Assembly (NCBI GenBank): GCA_964637515.1
Contig: CAZWUI010000002.1
Location: 16,665-80,664 of the forward strand
DNA from: an uncultured Bacteroidaceae bacterium
Lineage (GTDB): Bacteria; Bacillota; Clostridia; Christensenellales; CAG-917
Reading direction: 5' to 3'
Length of the DNA: 64,000 bases
Positions 56,194-64,000 of this stretch are shown here, one piece after another; the first letter of the stretch is position 1, and every line of letters begins with the position of its first letter. The translations under genes and the position numbers were made by a program. A model generated the notes under the pieces. It saw only the letters and a list, made by a program, of their open reading frames with translations. It did no database searches and was not told where the DNA came from.

Positions 56194-58302
56194 ATGAAAA
56201 AACTCATAATAGTTGAGTCCCCTTCAAAAGCAAAAACAATACAAAAATATCTCGGCGGCGACGTAACGGTTATGGCGTCCGCGGGGCACATATGCGACCT
56301 TCCCGAAAGGACGCTTGCAATCGACGTGGATCACGGTTTTGAACCGCAGTATATCGTCAACCCCGGCAAAGCGGATATAGTCAAAAAACTCGTGGCGGCG
56401 GTCGGCAAAAATGATATAGTCTATCTCGCAACCGACCCGGACCGCGAAGGCGAAGCAATCAGTTGGCATCTCAAGACTCGTCTGGGCATAAAGGACGAGA
56501 AAGTCCGCGTGGAATTCAACGAAATTTCTCCGAAAGCGGTCAAAGAAGCACTCGAACATCCACGAGCGATAAATCAAAATCTCGTGGATTCACAACAAGC
56601 GCGCAGAGTCCTTGATAGACTCGTCGGTTACAAACTCTCGCCCATTCTCGGCAGAAGAATAGCGGGTGCGAAGAGCGCGGGACGCGTGCAGTCCGCCGCA
56701 CTCAAAATGATCGTGGACAGAGAAAACGAAATCCGCAATTTCATGCCGAAAGAATACTGGAATATTGCGGTTTTGCTCGTCAAAGCGGGTATGGCAAAGA
56801 CGAAAGCAAATATGTTCAAAGCGTCTCTCAACGACTACGGCGGAGATAAAGTCAAGGTCGAGGACGGAGGAGTGGCGGAAGAAATCGCAAAACTCCTGCC
56901 CACTGCGGCATATTCGGTGGATAGCGTGAAAAAGAGCGTATCGACTTCCCGTCCCGCACCCCCTTTCACCACGTCCACTCTCCAACAAGAAGCCAACAAT
57001 AAGTTGAATATGACGTCAGAGCGCACGATGTCCCTTGCGCAAAAGTTGTACGAAGGTTTCAACGTCCCCGGTGAAGGACACTTCGCACTCATCACCTATA
57101 TGCGTACGGACAGCGTCAGAGTTTCTCCCGATTTCCAAAAGAAAACGCTCGACTTCATATATAAAAATTACGGAAACGCGTACGTGCCTAAAACTCCTAA
57201 CGTATATAAGACGTCGGACAACGCACAGGACGCGCACGAGGCAATCAGACCTATCTCTCTCGACCGCACTCCGCAGTCCCTCGAAGGCAAGATTAGCAAC
57301 GAGCTTTACAGGCTCTATAAACTCATATACGAGCGTTATCTCGCATCACAAATGGCGGTCGCACTCTACAACACTCTGCAAGTCCACGTCGTCGCAAAGA
57401 CGGGTGGTAAGGACGTCGGTTTCATCATCAAAGGCAAGAGCGTGAAATTCAACGGATTCACCGCAGTGTACACCGCAACCGCAACTCAAAGCGACGAGGA
57501 AAAGGACGAAAGAGACGATTTGCCCGCCTTCGAGAAAGGGGACAAACTCGATTACTGCGACACTGTCAAAGAACAAAAATTCACCAAACCCCCCGCGCGC
57601 TATACGGATGCAACTCTCGTCAAGGGGCTTGAAGAAAACGGCATAGGCAGACCGTCGACTTATGCATCCATAGTCATCAAACTTGCGGATAGAACTTACA
57701 CCGAAAGACAGGGCAAGAATATCGTGCCCACCGAACTCGGCGAAAGAGTTTGCACGTTTATGGAACAGAATTGTCCGTCCATAATGAACCTGTCATTCAC
57801 CGCAAGACTCGAAACAAAACTCGACGAAATTGCGGAAGGCAAAATGGTTTGGAATAGCCTTGTCGGCAGTTATTATCCCATTCTCGAAGGGTACGTCGAA
57901 AGAGCGTATAAGGCGGGCGGTTCCGCACCCAAACGCCCCGTCGTCGAAACGGACGAGATTTGTGAAAAGTGCGGTTCTAAAATGGTCATTCGCGAGGGTA
58001 GATATGGCAAATTTATGTCTTGCTCCGCCTATCCCAAGTGCAAAAACGTCAAGAATATCGCCGAAAAAGCGGGCATTTGCCCCAAGTGCGGCGGGGATAT
58101 TGAAAAGAGAATGAGCAAGAGCGGTAAGACCTTCTACGGTTGCAACAACTATCCCAAATGCGATTTCGTGACTTGGGATACTCCCGCACCTCATCTTTGC
58201 CCTAAATGCAAGTCCTTTATGAAGGTCAGCAACCGCAACTACAAGAAGAAATACGTTTGCACCAACGCGGATTGCAAATTCGTCGAAGAGGTCGAAGAAT
58301 AA
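56194..58302 (+). CDS. topA: DNA topoisomerase I
   Basis: TOPRIM motif LIIVESPSKAKTIQKYLG, ATDPDREGE, active-site Tyr region LITYMRTDS, and three C-terminal CxxC...CxxC zinc ribbons. Confidence 0.97.
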   Translation: MKKLIIVESPSKAKTIQKYLGGDVTVMASAGHICDLPERTLAIDVDHGFEPQYIVNPGKADIVKKLVAAVGKNDIVYLATDPDREGEAISWHLKTRLGIKDEKVRVEFNEISPKAVKEALEHPRAINQNLVDSQQARRVLDRLVGYKLSPILGRRIAGAKSAGRVQSAALKMIVDRENEIRNFMPKEYWNIAVLLVKAGMAKTKANMFKASLNDYGGDKVKVEDGGVAEEIAKLLPTAAYSVDSVKKSVSTSRPAPPFTTSTLQQEANNKLNMTSERTMSLAQKLYEGFNVPGEGHFALITYMRTDSVRVSPDFQKKTLDFIYKNYGNAYVPKTPNVYKTSDNAQDAHEAIRPISLDRTPQSLEGKISNELYRLYKLIYERYLASQMAVALYNTLQVHVVAKTGGKDVGFIIKGKSVKFNGFTAVYTATATQSDEEKDERDDLPAFEKGDKLDYCDTVKEQKFTKPPARYTDATLVKGLEENGIGRPSTYASIVIKLADRTYTERQGKNIVPTELGERVCTFMEQNCPSIMNLSFTARLETKLDEIAEGKMVWNSLVGSYYPILEGYVERAYKAGGSAPKRPVVETDEICEKCGSKMVIREGRYGKFMSCSAYPKCKNVKNIAEKAGICPKCGGDIEKRMSKSGKTFYGCNNYPKCDFVTWDTPAPHLCPKCKSFMKVSNRNYKKKYVCTNADCKFVEEVEE

Positions 58303-59607
58303 ATGCAAAAGACCGTCGTTAACGTAATCGGTGGCGGTCTTGCGGGCGCGGAAGCAGCGTTCAGACTTCTTGACGAGGGATTTGCCGTCAGAATGTACGA
58401 AATGCGTCCAAAACGCTCTACGGGCGCGCACACGGGCGATAGAATCGCGGAACTCGTTTGCTCGAACAGTTTGAAGTCTATCTCACCTGAAACCGCAAGC
58501 GGACTTTTGAAAGACGAACTTGCGTTGCTAAACTGCCGTCTTCTCGAAATAGCCAAAAGATGTGCGGTGCCTTCGGGGAGTGCACTTGCTGTGGATAGAG
58601 AGAAGTTTTCGACTGAAGTCGAAAAGGAGTTGTTCGAATATCCCGATTTCACTCTTGTGCGAGAAGAGATAACCGAGATTTCGGACGAGCCTACGATTAT
58701 AGCGACAGGACCGCTGACGTCCCCTGATTTTGCGGATCATATCGCAGGACTGACGGGGGAAAGCAGATTGTTCTTCTACGACGCAATCGCACCTATCGTG
58801 TCGTTTGACAGCGTGGATATGACCAAAGCATACTTCGGCGGACGATACGGCAAGGGCGGGGAAGACTATCTCAATCTTCCCATGCAAAAGGACGAGTACG
58901 AGATTTTCTACGGTGCGCTCGTCACGGCGCAAACCGCAACTCTGCACGACTTCGACAAGCGTGAATTGTTCGACGGTTGTATGCCCATCGAACTCATGGC
59001 GAAAAGGGGTAGCGATACTATGCGCTACGGACCGTTGCGCCCCGTGGGACTTCGCAATCCCGAAACGGGGGAAAGCGCATATGCGGTCGTGCAACTACGA
59101 AAGGAAAATTCCGCGGGAGATTGCTATAACCTCGTGGGATTTCAAACCAATCTCACCTATGGTGAGCAGAAGAGAGTGTTCAGTCTGATACCCGCACTGC
59201 ACTCGGCGGAATTTCTCCGCTACGGCACTATGCACAGGAATACATACGTCAAAGCCCCCGACGTTTTGACGGATAGATTCAGACTGAAAAACTCACCTAC
59301 ACCCGTTTATATTGCGGGACAGTTGTCGGGAGTGGAAGGATATGTCGAGAGTATCGCAAGCGGTCTTATCGCTGCGGACGCTCTCGCAAGAGAACTTCGG
59401 AATGAACAACCGCTCGTATTGCCTGCAACCACGATTTGCGGTGCACTTACGAGATATATATCGTCGTGCCCCGGCGATTTTCAACCTATGAACGCAAACT
59501 TCGGTCTGCTGCCCGAACTCAAAAACGTTCACAAAAAGGAAAGAAAACTCGCCTACCACGACAGAGCAATCGCGGATTTAACTTCCGCACTTCATATCGA
59601 GAGGTAA
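58303..59607 (+). CDS. trmFO: Methylenetetrahydrofolate--tRNA-(uracil-5-)-methyltransferase TrmFO
   Basis: FAD-binding motif [19 protein letters not shown], and [12 protein letters not shown]. Located after topA. Confidence 0.95.
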   Translation: MQKTVVNVIGGGLAGAEAAFRLLDEGFAVRMYEMRPKRSTGAHTGDRIAELVCSNSLKSISPETASGLLKDELALLNCRLLEIAKRCAVPSGSALAVDREKFSTEVEKELFEYPDFTLVREEITEISDEPTIIATGPLTSPDFADHIAGLTGESRLFFYDAIAPIVSFDSVDMTKAYFGGRYGKGGEDYLNLPMQKDEYEIFYGALVTAQTATLHDFDKRELFDGCMPIELMAKRGSDTMRYGPLRPVGLRNPETGESAYAVVQLRKENSAGDCYNLVGFQTNLTYGEQKRVFSLIPALHSAEFLRYGTMHRNTYVKAPDVLTDRFRLKNSPTPVYIAGQLSGVEGYVESIASGLIAADALARELRNEQPLVLPATTICGALTRYISSCPGDFQPMNANFGLLPELKNVHKKERKLAYHDRAIADLTSALHIER

Positions 59608-59609
59608 AT

Positions 59610-60143
59610 ATGGAATTCAGAGGAACAACAATTTGCGCAGTAAAACGCAACGGCGTAACCGCTATCGCAGGCGACGGTCAAGTCACCATGGGCGAAAGCG
59701 TAATCATGAAGGGTAACGCCGTCAAAGTCAAACGCATTTACAACGGGAAAGTGGTCATCGGTTTTGCGGGATCCGTGTCCGATGCGTTCGCACTCTCCGA
59801 AAAATTCGAGGAAATGCTCCAAAAGTATAGCGGAAACCTCATGCGCTCCGCCGTCGAACTCGCAGAACTTTGGCGCAGTGACAAGATGTATCGCAAACTC
59901 GAAGCGCTCCTTATCGTCGCGGACCAAACGTCGCTCTATATCGTGTCGGGTAGCGGTGAAGTCATCGAGCCCGAAAGCGGTATTTGCGCAATCGGTAGCG
60001 GCGGGAACTACGCTCTTGCGGCAGCTCGCGCGCTCGCTCAAGCAACCGACCTTTCCGCAGAAGAAATCGCGCATCGCTCCCTGCTCATCGCAAGCGAACT
60101 TTGCGTGTTCACGAACAATCATATCACTGTAGAAACCGTCTAA
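59610..60143 (+). CDS. hslV: ATP-dependent protease subunit HslV
   Basis: [11 protein letters not shown]...GDGQVT N-terminal Thr-protease signature. ATG 59610 follows GAGAGG. The ORF-track start 59436 lies inside trmFO. Confidence 0.93.
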   Translation: MEFRGTTICAVKRNGVTAIAGDGQVTMGESVIMKGNAVKVKRIYNGKVVIGFAGSVSDAFALSEKFEEMLQKYSGNLMRSAVELAELWRSDKMYRKLEALLIVADQTSLYIVSGSGEVIEPESGICAIGSGGNYALAAARALAQATDLSAEEIAHRSLLIASELCVFTNNHITVETV

Positions 60144-60182
60144 TCGGATAATATGCGCCAATAGGCGCGGTGGAGGTAAACT

Positions 60183-61517
60183 ATGCAAGACGTATTGACA
60201 CCGAAACAAATAGTACAAGAACTCGACCGCTATATAATCGGTCAACAAGAAGCGAAAATCGCAGTCGCTATCGCACTTCGCAACCGCTATCGCAGAAGCA
60301 AGTTGAGCGACGAAATGAGGGAAGAAATCACCCCCAAAAATATCATAATGAAAGGGCCGACGGGTGTTGGTAAAACCGAAATCGCAAGAAGACTTGCAAA
60401 ACTCGTGCACGCTCCTTTCGTCAAAGTCGAAGCAACCAAATTCACTGAAGTCGGCTATGTAGGCAGGGACGTCGAAAGTATCATCCGTGACCTTGTCGAA
60501 GTTGCAATTCGTCTTGTCAAAGACGAAAAATTCAAGGAAGTCTTGCCCAGTGCGACCGAAAAAGCGGAAAATAAACTCGCAGACATCATCTTGCCCTTGC
60601 GCAAAAAAGCGGAAACCGGGGACAAGTCGGACGCCGAACTCAAAGAAGAATTGCTCCAAGACATTCGTGCGGGACATCTTGACAATATAACCATCAAAAT
60701 CGAAGTCAAAGCGCAACCTAAAACCTCAATTCAGGTCAATCCTCAAGGTGCGGGCGGTGAAATAGATATGGCGAACGTTCTCGGCAATATTTTCGGTGGT
60801 GCGACGGGCGCAAAAAAAGTCCGTTCGCTCTCCGTCAAACAAGCGAAAGAGATGTTCATCAATCAAGAATGTGAAAAAATGGTGGACCAAGACGCCATCA
60901 TCACCGAAGCGCTCCAAAGAGCAGAGCAGGACGGCGTTGTATTCCTTGACGAAATCGACAAGGTTGCCGCAAGAAGCGGTCGCGATCAAGGTCACGACGT
61001 GTCGAGAGAAGGCGTGCAAAGAGATATTCTTCCCATTGTCGAAGGCAGTACCGTCCAGACGAAATACGGCGCAATTCGCACCGATTTCATACTCTTCATT
61101 GCGGCGGGCGCATTCCATATGGCGAGAATGGAAGATCTCATTCCCGAACTTCAAGGCAGATTCCCCATTCGCGTTGAACTCGACAATCTCACCGAAGACG
61201 ACTTTGTTCGCATTCTCACCGAACCCGACAACGCAGTGCTCAAACAATATAAGGCACTCTTGGGCGTAGACGGTGTAAGCCTTGACTTCTCGGACGAAGC
61301 AATCCGCGAAATCGCAAAGGTTTCCTACTACGAAAACGAGAACAGCGAAAACCTCGGCGCAAGACGTTTGCACGCGGTTATGGAACACCTTTTGAAAGAT
61401 GTCCTTTACGATGCCGACGACGGCGTCACCAAGGAAATCAAAGTAGACAAAGAGTACGTCGATGCGCACCTTGCATCCGCACTCAGAGAATCCAACCTGA
61501 AAAGATTTATTCTGTAG
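60183..61517 (+). CDS. hslU: ATP-dependent protease ATPase subunit HslU
   Basis: LTPKQIVQELDRYIIGQ, Walker A GPTGVGKTEIARRLA, and Walker B VFLDEIDK. Confidence 0.97.
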   Translation: MQDVLTPKQIVQELDRYIIGQQEAKIAVAIALRNRYRRSKLSDEMREEITPKNIIMKGPTGVGKTEIARRLAKLVHAPFVKVEATKFTEVGYVGRDVESIIRDLVEVAIRLVKDEKFKEVLPSATEKAENKLADIILPLRKKAETGDKSDAELKEELLQDIRAGHLDNITIKIEVKAQPKTSIQVNPQGAGGEIDMANVLGNIFGGATGAKKVRSLSVKQAKEMFINQECEKMVDQDAIITEALQRAEQDGVVFLDEIDKVAARSGRDQGHDVSREGVQRDILPIVEGSTVQTKYGAIRTDFILFIAAGAFHMARMEDLIPELQGRFPIRVELDNLTEDDFVRILTEPDNAVLKQYKALLGVDGVSLDFSDEAIREIAKVSYYENENSENLGARRLHAVMEHLLKDVLYDADDGVTKEIKVDKEYVDAHLASALRESNLKRFIL

Positions 61518-61525
61518 AGGATATT

Positions 61526-62776
61526 ATGATAAACATACCCAAGGGAACAAAAGATATGTTGCCCGCAGAGGCATACAAATGGCATTACGTAGAGAATATC
61601 GCACGCAAAACGGCGGGGAACTTTGGATTTAAGGAAATCCGCACCCCCATTTTCGAGCATACCGAACTTTTCTTGCGCGGTGTAGGCGAAACAACCGACA
61701 TCGTCAACAAGGAAATGTATACCTTCATCGACAAGGGCAATCGCAGTATTACCCTTCGTCCCGAAGGGACGGCAGGAGTCGCGAGATCCTTCATAGAGAA
61801 CGGTTTGTCCCAAAACGGCTTACCGCTCAAGGTCTACTATATCGCGCCCGTATTCCGCTACGAGAAGCCCCAAAACGGCAGACTCCGCGAACACCACCAA
61901 TTCGGCGTGGAAATGTTCGGAAGCGAAACTCCCAAAGCGGATGCGGAAGTCATTTCCCTTGCGTATTCATTCCTCAAAAACGTAGGACTCAGTGCGTTGT
62001 CCCTGAATATCAACAGCATAGGATGCAAAACCTGTCGTGCGGAATATAATAAAGCCTTGAAAGAGTATATCGGCGCAAACCTTGACGGTATGTGCGAAAC
62101 CTGCAAGTCGAGATTTGAGAAAAATCCTCTTCGCATACTCGATTGCAAAGAAGAAAAATGCAAGAGAATAACTGCGGGCGCACCCAGAATTATCGACTAT
62201 CTTTGCGATGATTGCAAGGCGCACTTTGAGGGAGTGCAAGAAGAATTGACCGCGTTAGATATTCCGTTCAACGTCAATCCCGGCATCGTCCGCGGTCTTG
62301 ACTATTACACCCGTACCGTCTTTGAGTTTATCTCGAACGACATCGGCGCACAGGGCACCGTATGCGGTGGCGGAAGATATAATCATCTCGTCGAAGAAGT
62401 AGGCGGACATCCGACTCCCGCCGCAGGCTTCGGACTCGGTCTTGAAAGACTTCTTCTCGTGCTTGAAAATACCGGCAAACTCAACGCAGTCGAGCCGAAA
62501 ACCGACGTTTATATCGCTCCGCTCGGTGAAAACGCATCCAAAAAGGCGTTGTCTATCACCAACGGTTTGAGAATGGCGGGACTCTCTGCAGAAACCGACC
62601 TTATGAATCGTAGCCTAAAAGCGCAAATGAAATATGCGGACAAAATCGGTGCGAAATACGTTGTAGTCGTCGGCGACGACGAACTGACCGCCGGTGAAGT
62701 TACCGTCAAAAACATGGCGGACGGTAGCGGCGAAAAAGTCCAAATCGACAAAATCGCGGAGTACGTTGCAAAATGA
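61526..62776 (+). CDS. hisS: Histidine--tRNA ligase
   Basis: GTKDMLP, LRPEGTA, YYTRTVFE, GGGRY, and a C-terminal anticodon-binding domain. Confidence 0.96.
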   Translation: MINIPKGTKDMLPAEAYKWHYVENIARKTAGNFGFKEIRTPIFEHTELFLRGVGETTDIVNKEMYTFIDKGNRSITLRPEGTAGVARSFIENGLSQNGLPLKVYYIAPVFRYEKPQNGRLREHHQFGVEMFGSETPKADAEVISLAYSFLKNVGLSALSLNINSIGCKTCRAEYNKALKEYIGANLDGMCETCKSRFEKNPLRILDCKEEKCKRITAGAPRIIDYLCDDCKAHFEGVQEELTALDIPFNVNPGIVRGLDYYTRTVFEFISNDIGAQGTVCGGGRYNHLVEEVGGHPTPAAGFGLGLERLLLVLENTGKLNAVEPKTDVYIAPLGENASKKALSITNGLRMAGLSAETDLMNRSLKAQMKYADKIGAKYVVVVGDDELTAGEVTVKNMADGSGEKVQIDKIAEYVAK

Positions 62777-63198
62777 CCGAGAGAGGTGTCGTAACAAAAA
62801 TTAAAGGCAATAAAGCCACCGTCAGTTTCGACCGTAAATCCGCTTGTGACGAGTGCCATATGTGCGCCGTCACAAAGGATACGATGAAAGTCGAAATCGT
62901 CGTTGAGAATACGCTCAATGCAAACGTAGGCGATTTCGTGTCCATCGAAATGGGTGAAAGGTTCGTATTGACAGCGGCGACAATCGTTTATATAATACCG
63001 TTAGTGCTTGTTTTTGCGGGTATTATGATAGGACGTGTCCTGTCCGACCTTGCATCGATACTCTTTGCGGTGGGCGGTTTGGTGATTGGATTTGTCATTG
63101 CATTCGTGCTCGATCGCTGTGTGATCAGAAAAAAGAAGGGGTTCAGCCCGCAAATGAAGGAAATTTGTCCGCAAGACCCCGTAAAGACAGATAATTAA
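62773..63198 (+). CDS. RseC/MucC-family (SoxR-reducing-system-like) small membrane protein
   Basis: N-terminal G.V..i.g..A.V......C..C..C pattern (GVVTKIKGNKATVSFDRKSACDECHMC), followed by two TM helices. Confidence 0.7.
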   Translation: MTERGVVTKIKGNKATVSFDRKSACDECHMCAVTKDTMKVEIVVENTLNANVGDFVSIEMGERFVLTAATIVYIIPLVLVFAGIMIGRVLSDLASILFAVGGLVIGFVIAFVLDRCVIRKKKGFSPQMKEICPQDPVKTDN

Positions 63199-63206
63199 GG
63201 AGCGTT

Positions 63207-63530
63207 ATGGAAAAACTTATCGTTTTGACAACTGACAATTTCGACGAAGTTATTTCGTCAAACGACGTCGTTCTCGTCGATTTCTGGGCGACTTGGTGCG
63301 GTCCTTGCAAGATGCTCGCGCCCACTATCGAAGAGCTAGCAAACGACTACGAAGGAAGAGTCCCCGTCTGTAAAGTTGACGTCGACGATTATCCTTCGCT
63401 CGCGGAAAGATTCGGCATTATGTCAATTCCCGCGGTGTTCATTTTCAAACAAGGCGAAGTCAAAGATAAACTCATCGGACTCCGTCAAAAAGCACAAATC
63501 TCCGCAGTTATAGATAGCCTTCTTAACTGA
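63207..63530 (+). CDS. trxA: Thioredoxin
   Basis: 107 aa with [16 protein letters not shown]. Confidence 0.96.
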   Translation: MEKLIVLTTDNFDEVISSNDVVLVDFWATWCGPCKMLAPTIEELANDYEGRVPVCKVDVDDYPSLAERFGIMSIPAVFIFKQGEVKDKLIGLRQKAQISAVIDSLLN

Positions 63531-63550
63531 CGAATATAAAGGGTGAAATT

Positions 63551-64000
63551 ATGATCGACTTATCATTGATTAAAGCAGTAGACGTCGAGTTGTATCAGTC
63601 CTTGAAAGACGAACTCGAACGCCAACAACACAACGTGGAACTCATCGCAAGTGAGAATATCGTTTCTCCCGCAGTCCTTGCGGCTGCAGGTACTCATCTC
63701 ACTAACAAGTATGCGGAAGGTTATCCCGGAAGACGCTATTACGGCGGTTGTGAATACGTCGACGTGACGGAAAATATCGCAATAGAACGCGCAAAACAAC
63801 TCTTCGGAGCAAAATTTGCAAACGTTCAACCGCATTCGGGTAGCAATGCAAACCTTGCGGTGTATTACAGTGTATTGAAACCCGGTGATACCATTCTCGG
63901 TATGTCCCTAGACGCGGGCGGACACTTGACTCACGGCGCAAAAGTCAGCATGAGCGGTAAACTCTTCAATGCGGTCACCTACGGCGTGAATGAAGACGGT
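63551..64000 (+). CDS. glyA: Serine hydroxymethyltransferase (3'-truncated by window edge)
   Basis: Hand translation gives [71 protein letters not shown]... The frame is open to the window end, so it is absent from the ORF track (no stop). Confidence 0.93.
   Translation, partial: MIDLSLIKAVDVELYQSLKDELERQQHNVELIASENIVSPAVLAAAGTHLTNKYAEGYPGRRYYGGCEYVDVTENIAIERAKQLFGAKFANVQPHSGSNANLAVYYSVLKPGDTILGMSLDAGGHLTHGAKVSMSGKLFNAVTYGVNEDG

Overview
This 64-kb chromosomal segment comes from a spore-forming Firmicutes/Bacillota (Clostridia-like) bacterium, an inference from the complete spoIIIAA-AH operon and the gene order. About 80% of the window is a same-strand run of recognisable housekeeping genes: ruvCAB, queA, tgt, yajC-secDF, recJ, relA, rpsO-pnp, ftsK, rimO, pgsA, cinA-recA-rny, efp, spoIIIA operon, nusB, xseAB, ispA, comM, dprA, topA, trmFO, hslVU, hisS, trxA and glyA. 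Three tRNA genes (Gly-GCC, Cys-GCA, Leu-UAA) lie at 40.4-41.3 kb. Directly after tRNA-Leu, a ~12-kb accessory cluster (41.3-53.5 kb) interrupts this synteny. It encodes a catalytically degenerate EAL-like protein, a membrane-anchored and a secreted TasA/camelysin-like protein, and a decayed third paralogue in inverted orientation. It also encodes two SipW-type (ER/archaeal-type) signal peptidases, a 2-TM-anchored McrB/AAA_5-like NTPase, and a 971-aa protein with a McrC/DUF2357-like N-domain but no visible nuclease. I know of no description linking SipW/TasA-type fibre genes to a membrane-bound, nuclease-less McrBC-like pair, so this is the main candidate for a new system. The cluster also carries conserved non-coding boxes in long 5' leaders, a 41-bp inverted repeat bracketing the fibre gene, and a 408-bp-period intragenic duplication. 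No CRISPR array, rRNA, integrase or transposase was seen. All calls rest on reading the supplied translations and sequence by eye. No database search was run.
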